Assembly (NCBI GenBank): GCA_015065265.1
Contig: SVQQ01000002.1
Location: 21,582-85,581 of the forward strand
Length of the DNA stretch: 64,000 bases
Source: Oscillospiraceae bacterium
GTDB lineage: Bacteria; Bacillota; Clostridia; Oscillospirales; SIG627
Reading direction: 5' to 3'
The first letter of the stretch is position 1. Each line of letters starts with the position of its first letter. The position numbers and the translations under genes were made by a program. The notes under the pieces were generated by a model. That model was not told where the DNA came from and did not search any database. It worked only from the letters and a program-made list of their open reading frames with translations. Positions 56,851-63,867 of the stretch are shown here, in pieces.

Positions 56851-57240
56851 ATGGGACAAGGATACACATTGTGTTGTGAACAGTGTGAATACAGCGTAGA
56901 ATACCTGCAGGGCGTTGGTTTTTTGTTTTACAAAGAAGCCGAGGATATACTTGCGGATATGAAAGCAGGCAAAATGGGAAAAGGTTTCATGGAAGCCGCA
57001 AACAACGCTGCAGCGCCAACAATTAACCATTCCCGCGAATTATACAAGTGTACAAAGTGCGGTGAGCTTAGACCGGATATGCACATAGAGCTTTATGACG
57101 GTGAAACCGTAGTAAAAGAAAAGCAGCATGTATGTGGTAAGTGCCGGAGCAGCATGCGCATTGTTAAAAACATAGATAAAATAAAGTGTCCCCGATGCGG
57201 CAAGAAACTTGAACTTGCAGGAATTCTCATGTGGGATTAA
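56851..57240 (+). CDS. gene D: double zinc-ribbon protein
   Basis: SD AAGGAGG. Four CxxC pairs (CEQC, CTKC, CGKC, CPRC). Confidence 0.6.
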   Translation: MGQGYTLCCEQCEYSVEYLQGVGFLFYKEAEDILADMKAGKMGKGFMEAANNAAAPTINHSRELYKCTKCGELRPDMHIELYDGETVVKEKQHVCGKCRSSMRIVKNIDKIKCPRCGKKLELAGILMWD

Positions 57241-57254
57241 GGCTGGTGAGACAA

Positions 57255-57683
57255 ATGGATATAATAAAAATAATAATTAAAGGTGCATCAGGTTATGGCT
57301 CCGTAGACGATGCTTATGATGATAAGCTCATACTGACAGATTCATCCATTAGTTACGAATATATACCACATCCCATGAGCCAGTCAGAAATAAACGTTCA
57401 TCAAAAATGGGCATACAAAACCGACAGTCCGTTGTTTAAATGCATTTTCAAAGCGATAGCAGCCAAGACCCCCGAGTATTTGCATAGCGACGAAATATTG
57501 TTTGCATATGATATAGGACCCACAATCATAACGGCAACCTACGAAGACAAACATAGAGAAACGGTAACATATTTTTGTCCGAGTGAGTATTTTGTGGAAT
57601 ACTTTCAGTTGATAAAAAAGCTGGTGCCTCCGTGTGAAGACGTGCCAGAACTACTTAAAACAAGAGAAGATTATGAGGAATAA
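57255..57683 (+). CDS. gene E: hypothetical protein
   Basis: ORF in an operon context. ATG 57255 is preferred over the GTG at 57231 that overlaps gene D. No motif recognised. Confidence 0.5.
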   Translation: MDIIKIIIKGASGYGSVDDAYDDKLILTDSSISYEYIPHPMSQSEINVHQKWAYKTDSPLFKCIFKAIAAKTPEYLHSDEILFAYDIGPTIITATYEDKHRETVTYFCPSEYFVEYFQLIKKLVPPCEDVPELLKTREDYEE

Positions 57684-57698
57684 ACAAAGGAGGGCGAC

Positions 57699-58028
57699 AT
57701 GATTACAAAGGTTATATTTGGTAATATTAGAAAGGAGCGCCAGGAGGATTGGCACAAAAACGACGAAAATCCTTACGCTGTAGTTGACGAAATATATGAA
57801 GTGCCGGAGGCATACACAGAAATTTTGGAATACGGAAAAACGCATTTCAGCGACCCGATTAACGTAGACTGGGGTAGCTGCGCGTGGAAATGTACCTATG
57901 ATGAATTTGTAGCGTACTTAAAACATTACAAATTCAAGGTGCCGGCAGAAATAGAAAACATAGATAAAGATAAAACATACGGGATTATATTCATAGAGGA
58001 AGTGGGTTACAGCGATGTGTACGAATGA
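57699..58028 (+). CDS. gene F: hypothetical protein
   Basis: SD AAGGAGGG. 109 aa. No motif recognised. Confidence 0.5.
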   Translation: MITKVIFGNIRKERQEDWHKNDENPYAVVDEIYEVPEAYTEILEYGKTHFSDPINVDWGSCAWKCTYDEFVAYLKHYKFKVPAEIENIDKDKTYGIIFIEEVGYSDVYE

Positions 58029-58161
58029 TAAAAACGAATTTGATAAAATAGCGGAGCTTATATCAGCACAGCTTGGAGAAAGAATTGCGAACAATGATAG
58101 CACACCGATTTTTTGTGGTGTAGCAGGTCAAGAAGAAAACGCAGAAGAAACAGACGATTAA
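58015..58161 (+). CDS. possible 48-codon ORF overlapping the end of gene F
   Basis: My own translation: MCTNDKNEFDKIAELISAQLGERIANNDSTPIFCGVAGQEENAEETDD. The ATG is embedded in ATGTGTACGAATGA, which overlaps the gene F stop. Below the track cutoff. Confidence 0.25.
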   Translation: MCTNDKNEFDKIAELISAQLGERIANNDSTPIFCGVAGQEENAEETDD

Positions 58162-58232
58162 AGAGCAGGCAAAAACAGACTACTTTTTTGAGTTTTTACC
58201 TTACTTATACTCCGTTTTGTAGTTGTTTCGCA

Positions 58233-58490
58233 GAAAAAAGCACATCTGTTTACAGATGTGCTTTTTTCAGTTATATTCGCCTTACGGCGAGTTCTATGCA
58301 CAAGTGCGTGATATGTCCTTCGGACCTGATATGCGCTTCGCGCGTTAAGAGTTCAAAGGCGAATATAATATCACTGCGGAACGAAGTGGAGCAATATCAC
58401 TTTTGCGAAGCAAAAATATCACGCTGAGCGTGAGCGAAGCATATCACTAAATCTCTTTACAACTTGCAATCTTTATGCTATAATATTCTT
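58233..58490 (+). repeat. 255-bp module copy 1: terminator + ATATCAC mini-hairpin array + promoter
   Basis: AAAAAAGCACATCTG-ttta-CAGATGTGCTTTTTT. Two GTGATAT/GATAT words, then four (A)ATATCAC words at 58367, 58393, 58415 and 58440, each followed by a short hairpin. Ends with TTTACA-17-TGCTATAAT (58456-58484). Confidence 0.85.
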
Positions 58491-58492
58491 AC

Positions 58493-58573
58493 CAAATAAT
58501 TTTCAAAAACTTTTCTTGCATTCTCTCTCACTTTCGCTATAATGTGTTTGCCACCCGAAATGAGAAGGAAAAT
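58493..58573 (+). repeat. 81-bp promoter/5'UTR module copy a
   Basis: CAAATAATTTTCAAAAACTTTTCTTGCATTCTC...TATAATGTGTTTGCCACCCGAAA... is near-identical to 59623-59703. Contains TTGCAT-16-TATAAT (58516-58543). Confidence 0.8.
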
Positions 58574-58592
58574 ATTACAAGGGGGGGATATT

Positions 58593-58973
58593 ATGGGCTT
58601 TTGGATATATATGTTTGTTATGGCATTATTAATGCCTGTTACTTTACTGTTATTCGGTCTGTATTTTCGTAACAAAGCTCCTAAAAACATCAACATTGTT
58701 TTTGGATATCGAACCTCGCGGTCAATGAAAAATATGGATACTTGGCGCTTTGCTCACCGTTTTTGCGGTCTCATCTGGATCGTTGGAGGGTGTATTTCCC
58801 TACCTGCTGCTATTATTTCTATGCTATTGGTTATGGGCGAAAGCGTAGATACGATTGGATATATGGGAGCGGCGTGTTTGGTTTTGCCTTTTATATTTAT
58901 CGTTGTTTCAATAATATTTACGGAAATTGCATTGAAGAAGAAATTTGATAGCTTTGGTCGTCCAAAAAAATGA
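58593..58973 (+). CDS. SdpI/YhfL-family membrane protein (immunity-protein-like)
   Basis: MGFWIYMF start after GGGGGG. GYRTSRSMKNMDTWRFAHRF motif. Four TM helices. Confidence 0.72.
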   Translation: MGFWIYMFVMALLMPVTLLLFGLYFRNKAPKNINIVFGYRTSRSMKNMDTWRFAHRFCGLIWIVGGCISLPAAIISMLLVMGESVDTIGYMGAACLVLPFIFIVVSIIFTEIALKKKFDSFGRPKK

Positions 58974-59000
58974 CGGCATCTATTAAGTCCAGAACACACT

Positions 59001-59254
59001 GAAAAAAGCACATCTGTTTACAGATGTGCTTTTTTCAGTTATATTCGCCTTACGGCGAGTTCTATGCACAAGTGCGTGATATGTCCTTCGGACGTGATAT
59101 GCGCTTCGCGCGTTAAGAGTTCAAAGGCGAATATAATATCACTGCGGAACGAAGTGGAGCAATATCACTTTTGCGAAGCAAAAATATCACGCTGACGAAG
59201 TCAGCATATCACTAAACTCTTTACAACTTACAACTTTTATGCTATAACATTTTT
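59001..59254 (+). repeat. 255-bp module copy 2
   Basis: Near-identical to 58233-58490, except that one hairpin unit is replaced (GCTGAC-gaa-GTCAGC versus CACGC-tga-GCGTG plus GCGAAGC) and there are a few point changes. The -10 is TATAAC. Confidence 0.85.
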
Positions 59255-59266
59255 GAGGTGATGATA

Positions 59267-59629
59267 ATGGCAGAAAGTATTTTGAGAGATAAATCCAAAG
59301 AGTTTGCAAAGCAGATCGTTTTTCTTTGCCGTGATATAAAGACAAATATGAAAGAGTCGGTTTTAACAAATCAGCTCTTGCGTTCAGGAACATCTATCGG
59401 AGCAAATATACACGAGGCACAATATGCGCAAGGAACGAAGGATTTTATATCAAAATTGGAGATTGCGCAAAAAGAGTGCTACGAAACGGAATATTGGATG
59501 GAATTACTTTTTAAAACGGGTTATATTCCCGAAAATGTTTATAAGACTCTGCAAAATCAATGCGGACAAATTCGCAGAATGTTGATTTCTTCACTCAACA
59601 CAACAAAATCAAACCAAAATAACAAATAA
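59267..59629 (+). CDS. four-helix-bundle protein (23S rRNA intervening-sequence protein family)
   Basis: LTNQLLRSGTSIGANIHEAQYAQGTKDFISKLEIAQKECYETEYWMELL. Confidence 0.85.
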   Translation: MAESILRDKSKEFAKQIVFLCRDIKTNMKESVLTNQLLRSGTSIGANIHEAQYAQGTKDFISKLEIAQKECYETEYWMELLFKTGYIPENVYKTLQNQCGQIRRMLISSLNTTKSNQNNK

Positions 59630-59703
59630 TTTTCAAAAACTTTTCTTGTATTCTCGTTTTCTTTCGGTATAATGTGTTTACCACCCGAAAGAAGAACGAA
59701 AAT
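59623..59703 (+). repeat. 81-bp promoter/5'UTR module copy b
   Basis: Aligns with 58493-58573. Overlaps the stop of the four-helix-bundle gene and ends at the ATG of the next ORF. Confidence 0.8.
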
Positions 59704-59923
59704 GCCAAATCTAAAACCATACTATCAAGTAAAACTAACTCTACTACGATGCAAGCTGTCTTTTCTCGAAAATCCCCCGAAAAACGAGGACGAGCAATAC
59801 GCTTACGATATTATCCAAAAGGCGTATGAGATCAACGAGAAAAAGATTGAAATGCTTGATTTTGATAAGAACAAAAAGCTGTTAGAGGATTATTACAGGT
59901 GGATGGACAGCAGACAAAAATGA
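59702..59923 (+). CDS. hypothetical small protein
   Basis: MPNLKPYYQVKL... 73 aa. No motif recognised. The upstream extension of the track ORF lies in the repeat. Confidence 0.4.
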   Translation: MPNLKPYYQVKLTLLRCKLSFLENPPKNEDEQYAYDIIQKAYEINEKKIEMLDFDKNKKLLEDYYRWMDSRQK

Positions 59924-59944
59924 TGACAAAAGGCGGTGAGTGTT

Positions 59945-60643
59945 ATGAACGATCTTTATATACAAGGATTACGAATAAACTGGGATACTCTTCCTAAAAC
60001 CTCTTATGTTCACAACATTCCTGCCATAAAAAGCACTACAGAATTGAAGTTTGATAAGCCAATTACATTTTTTGTTGGGGAAAATGGGGCTGGCAAATCA
60101 ACATTACTCGAAGCTATAGCGGTAGAATTTGGCTATAATTCAGAAGGTGGTACACGGAACTACAGTTTTAGTACGTATTATGACATTTCGCCTTTAAGCG
60201 AATCCATTACATTGATTAAAGGTTGGAACCGACCAAAATTCGGGTACTTCTTCAGAGCCGAAACTTTTTTCAATGTTGCGACAGCATCAATGTTTAACTA
60301 TATGGGAGATAATTATCACGCGAACTCTCATGGCGAGGGAAATTTACGATTCTTGGCATACGCCAAGCCCGGACTTTACTTAATGGACGAACCCGAGGCC
60401 GCGCTTTCTCCTCAACGTCAACTAACATTGTTAAAACATATTTATGATATGTCAAAAAAGGGGGCGCAATTTATAATAGCAACACACTCACCCATTCTTT
60501 TGGGATGTCCCGACTCACAAATTTTATCTTTTGATGAAGGAAAGATTTCGTCTTGTAAATACGAAAACACATTGAGTTATCAAATCACAAAAGGATTTTT
60601 GCTCAATAAAGAGCGTATGTTGAAAGAATTGCTTGATGATTGA
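59945..60643 (+). CDS. small stand-alone ABC/SMC-type ATPase (COG3910-like)
   Basis: Walker A GENGAGKSTLLEAI, Walker B LYLMDEPEAALS, D-loop/H-loop ATHSPILL. About 230 aa with no other domain. Confidence 0.72.
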   Translation: MNDLYIQGLRINWDTLPKTSYVHNIPAIKSTTELKFDKPITFFVGENGAGKSTLLEAIAVEFGYNSEGGTRNYSFSTYYDISPLSESITLIKGWNRPKFGYFFRAETFFNVATASMFNYMGDNYHANSHGEGNLRFLAYAKPGLYLMDEPEAALSPQRQLTLLKHIYDMSKKGAQFIIATHSPILLGCPDSQILSFDEGKISSCKYENTLSYQITKGFLLNKERMLKELLDD

Positions 60644-60672
60644 TATCTCATCTATTTCGGTAACCAAACACA

Positions 60673-60714
60673 AACAAAACACGCTACCCAATCGGGTAGT
60701 GTGTTTTGTTTTAG
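60673..60714. terminator. bidirectional terminator between the convergent ATPase and AraC genes
   Basis: AACAAAACACGCTACCC-aatc-GGGTAGTGTGTTTTGTT. Confidence 0.8.
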
Positions 60715-60739
60715 ATGATGAGTAGGATTCGAACAGCAC

Positions 60740-61459
60740 TCAATTCATTTCCATATATTTTCTCGGGGACATTCCCGTTATTTGTTTAAATCTTCTGGAA
60801 AAATAGACGTAGTCGTCGTATCCGCATTTTTCGGCTACAGTGGAAAGAGAGTAGGTAGTTTTATACATATCAATTAAAAAACGAGCGTGGTTTATTCTGA
60901 CCTCGGTTAAAAAAGTGGTGGGTGTCTTACCCATAATCTTTTTGAACTGCGCTCTTATATAGTCTTCGGCGTAACCGCTTCTTTTCAGTATTTCGCTCAA
61001 ATCTATATTACTGTCAGAAAAGGTGTCGCTTATTTTATCTACGATATTTTTTACTGCGATATAGACGTGGTCTTCCATTTTCATATTTCGGACAAGAAAA
61101 TGCACAAGGGCATTGACAAGAGAGGACAGGTACTCTACATCGGCATATCGGTTAGAGTAAATCATTTTACCAAGTAACAGTCCCTCATTTTCGGGGGTAT
61201 CGGTAATTAAAATGGGATTCTTTTCAAAAAGCAAGTTATTAAAGTCGCCACTTATGTAAATTCTCTCAAAAACATCGTCTATAATTACGCTCTGGTGCAT
61301 TGTTTCGGGGGGAACAATCATAATTTTTCCCGGAGAAACTTCATATTCCTTACCCGACAAGTTAATTTTTCCCCGTCCCTTTGTATAAACTATGATTTCG
61401 TAATCATTATGTTTATGATTAGGACATTCTCTATCTATAAATCCTACAACAAGTTTCAT
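60740..61459 (-). CDS. AraC-family transcriptional regulator (cupin + HTH)
   Basis: N-terminal cupin-like domain. C-terminal YIRAQFKKIMGKTPTTFLTEVRINHARFLI...GYDDYVYFSRRFKQITGMSPRKY. Confidence 0.85.
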   Translation of the reverse strand: MKLVVGFIDRECPNHKHNDYEIIVYTKGRGKINLSGKEYEVSPGKIMIVPPETMHQSVIIDDVFERIYISGDFNNLLFEKNPILITDTPENEGLLLGKMIYSNRYADVEYLSSLVNALVHFLVRNMKMEDHVYIAVKNIVDKISDTFSDSNIDLSEILKRSGYAEDYIRAQFKKIMGKTPTTFLTEVRINHARFLIDMYKTTYSLSTVAEKCGYDDYVYFSRRFKQITGMSPRKYMEMN

Positions 61460-61587
61460 ACAATCACCCTTTCGTACTATAACACAAATCTATCTTTTGT
61501 GCAAGTGTGTTTATGAATAGACATATCTGTTTTTAAAAAATACTGTTACAATAAACAGGAAAAATACATATTTTGAAGGGTGAAAAT

Positions 61588-62937
61588 ATGAAAACTTCAA
61601 ATGACAATATTTTGTCAGGGCCGATTACAAAAACGCTTATCCTTATGACCTTCCCCGTAATACTTATGAACGTCACGCAAAGCCTTTACGGTCTTGTAGA
61701 CATGGCAATTTTAAAATCCTACTACAATGACACAATCGTAGGTGCGGTGGGTACTTCCGGAATACTTATGGTATTATGCTCCAATATGCTTACGGGTGTG
61801 GCGGCGGGTGCAAGTGTTGTTGTTGCAAAACACCTTGGCGCAAAAAACAACCACGCCGCAAACAGAGCGTCTATGACCTCCCTTGTTTTCACAACGATAA
61901 GCAGTATTTTATTTCTGATAGTGGGTGTCATATTTGCCGAAAAATTCCTTATGATGACAAATTGTCCCGAAACTATCCTTCCTTATGCCACAAAATATTT
62001 CAAACTTTACTTTATCGGAGTTCCATTAACAGCAATTGCCTCAACTCTGCTTTCTGTAATACGTGCCACAGGTGACACCAAAACCCCTTTTTATTTCTCT
62101 CTTATCAGCGGTGGAGTTAAAATTATCGCACTATATATTTTCACAGCATTTTTCGATATGAACGTTATTGGCGCGGGATTATCATCAATTATAGCAAACT
62201 TTTCAACTTCTGTTTTATCTCTTGTGGTACTGATGAAAAAGGACAGTATGATAAAACTTGACTTCTCTCACATCGTTTTCGATATGAAAGAATTTAAAAG
62301 TATGCTTTATATAGGAATTCCCACAGGTTTGCAGACTTCCCTTTACTCTTTTGCCAACGTGGTGATTTCCTCGGCGGTAAACACCTTTGGGGCAGACGCT
62401 ACCACGGGTGTTTCTATTGCAAATCAATTTGACGGAATAATGTATCAGATAATTCACGCGCCCTCATTGGCGGTTATTCCTTTCGTTTCACAAAACGTAG
62501 GGGCAAAAAACTTTGACAGAGTAAAAAAAGCCTTTTTAAGTTCCACTCTTATCACCATAGTTATCGGAGCAGGGCTTGGGACATTGTCGGCAATCTTCTC
62601 GGGAGAACTGTCTGCTACTATGACAAAGTCGCCTGAAGTTATAGCCTATTCCATGCAAAAGATGGTCATCATTTCAAGTACCTACTTCATATGCGGTATC
62701 AACGAGGTGCTGAGCGGTGTACTCAGAGGAATAGGAAAGCCAATTCCGCCTACAGTTTGTACGCTTATTTATATGTGCCTTTTGAGGCTACTCTGGGTTT
62801 ACGCGATATTCCCGCTATTCCCGAACCTCACCTTCCTTTACACAGTTTGGCCTCTTGGTTGGGTACTGTCTATTATCACACTGCTCTTTATTTATTTTCC
62901 CACAATCAAACGTTTACAAAATCAAAAGTCGTACTGA
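61588..62937 (+). CDS. MATE-family efflux transporter
   Basis: 12 predicted TM helices. LSGPITKTLILMTFPVILMNVTQSLYGLVD N-terminus typical of MATE/NorM. Confidence 0.85.
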   Translation: MKTSNDNILSGPITKTLILMTFPVILMNVTQSLYGLVDMAILKSYYNDTIVGAVGTSGILMVLCSNMLTGVAAGASVVVAKHLGAKNNHAANRASMTSLVFTTISSILFLIVGVIFAEKFLMMTNCPETILPYATKYFKLYFIGVPLTAIASTLLSVIRATGDTKTPFYFSLISGGVKIIALYIFTAFFDMNVIGAGLSSIIANFSTSVLSLVVLMKKDSMIKLDFSHIVFDMKEFKSMLYIGIPTGLQTSLYSFANVVISSAVNTFGADATTGVSIANQFDGIMYQIIHAPSLAVIPFVSQNVGAKNFDRVKKAFLSSTLITIVIGAGLGTLSAIFSGELSATMTKSPEVIAYSMQKMVIISSTYFICGINEVLSGVLRGIGKPIPPTVCTLIYMCLLRLLWVYAIFPLFPNLTFLYTVWPLGWVLSIITLLFIYFPTIKRLQNQKSY

Positions 62938-62953
62938 TTTCAGTACGACTTTT
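62925..62953 (+). terminator. rho-independent terminator overlapping the MATE stop codon
   Basis: AAAGTCGTACTG-attt-CAGTACGACTTTT. Confidence 0.65.
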
Positions 62954-62965
62954 CATATAAACTAT

Positions 62966-62994
62966 TTGACATCAAAAAAAATTTGTGCTATAAT
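62966..62994 (+). promoter_or_regulatory. sigma-A-type promoter of the ECF S-component gene
   Basis: TTGACA, 17 nt, TGCTATAAT. Confidence 0.55.
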
Positions 62995-63035
62995 GGGCAA
63001 AATGTACATTTTCCTTATGATAGGAGGAATTTTTT

Positions 63036-63614
63036 ATGCAAAAAACAAGAATGTCAACTCAGAAGCTGGCACTGTTATCACTTCTCACAGCGATAACTGC
63101 AATACTTTCTTATATGGGCGGTTTTATCAAAATCGGCTCTCTTGCCTCGATATCACTTACCCTTATTCCCGTAGTACTCGGCGCGGCGCTCTGCGGTCCT
63201 TTATCTGCGGCGTGGCTTGGCGGTGTGGCAGGTGCAATCTTCTTCACCACAGCCGACGCGGTTTTCTGGGTAGGACTCAGTCTTCACGGTACGATAATCA
63301 CGGTTATGGTAAAGGGTATTCTTTCGGGACTCTTTGCAGGACTTTGTTACAAGTGGCTTGAAAAGGTAAACAGATACCTTGCAGTTGTTGTGTCTGCAAT
63401 AGTTTGTCCTGTGGTGAATACAGGAATTTTCCTTATCGGTTGTCTTATATTCTTTATGGATACAATTCAAAGCGGTGCTGTGGCGGAAGGTATGTCACTT
63501 TGGGGATATCTGCTCATATTCTTCGTAGGACTCAACTTCGTGTTTGAACTGCTCTCCAACATAATCTTCTCACCTGTAATACTCCGACTTATAAACATAA
63601 GAAATAAAAAGTAA
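63036..63614 (+). CDS. ECF-transporter substrate-specific (S) component, FolT/PanT-like
   Basis: About 190 aa, six TM helices. KLALLSLLTAITAILSYMGGF N-terminus typical of ECF S units. Substrate not assignable. Confidence 0.6.
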   Translation: MQKTRMSTQKLALLSLLTAITAILSYMGGFIKIGSLASISLTLIPVVLGAALCGPLSAAWLGGVAGAIFFTTADAVFWVGLSLHGTIITVMVKGILSGLFAGLCYKWLEKVNRYLAVVVSAIVCPVVNTGIFLIGCLIFFMDTIQSGAVAEGMSLWGYLLIFFVGLNFVFELLSNIIFSPVILRLINIRNKK

Positions 63615-63654
63615 AAATAAGTCCCGTCGATACCGCTGGCTTCGTAAAACAGTT

Positions 63655-63689
63655 AAATCTCCGCAAGAGCAACTCGTGCGGAGATTTTT
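63655..63689 (+). terminator. rho-independent terminator
   Basis: AAATCTCCGCA...TGCGGAGATTTTT. Confidence 0.75.
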
Positions 63690-63860
63690 GGGGGAGATAG
63701 ACGCATAGCGGCGCAAGGGGTGCAGCCCCTTGTTCGGAACGAAGTGACGCAAAACAGCCCGGACTTACAATCGTCCGGGCTGTCTGCCTCGCAGAGCGCA
63801 CATACAGGGCTTACCCCTGTATAGAAGTGCGCCCTTTGTTCCAAAGGGATTTTTTGCGGT
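63690..63860. repeat. mini-hairpin array with iterated GCGCA/TGCGC word
   Basis: Hairpins: CAAGGGG-tgcag-CCCCTTG (63714-63732), TTCG-gaa-CGAA, CAGCCCGGAC-ttacaatc-GTCCGGGCTG (63755-63782), TACAGGG-ctta-cCCCTGTA (63803-63821), CCCTTT-gttcc-AAAGGG plus T6 (63832-63854). Confidence 0.6.
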
Positions 63861-63867
63861 TTGGATT

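Noticed and set aside
58113-58427. A 104-aa ORF (MWCSRSRRKRRRNRR...) spans the end of the operon and the 255-bp repeat.
   Set aside because: It runs straight through a strong terminator hairpin and the hairpin array and has no SD. The second repeat copy does not preserve the frame. It is an artefact of repeat sequence.
58360-58450. The regularly spaced AATATCAC words (22-26 bp apart) might be a tiny CRISPR-like array.
   Set aside because: The repeat is only 7-8 nt and the spacers are 14-18 nt and themselves palindromic. There are no cas genes in the window. This does not fit CRISPR architecture.
60713-60737. GGATTCGAAC (the reverse complement of the GTTCGAATCC T-loop) beside the AraC gene might be a tRNA 3' remnant or att repeat marking the right island border.
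   Set aside because: The flanking bases do not form a T-stem or acceptor stem. Only about 11 nt match the tRNA-Ser(UGA) T-arm, and they lie on the opposite strand (not a direct repeat). This is probably chance.
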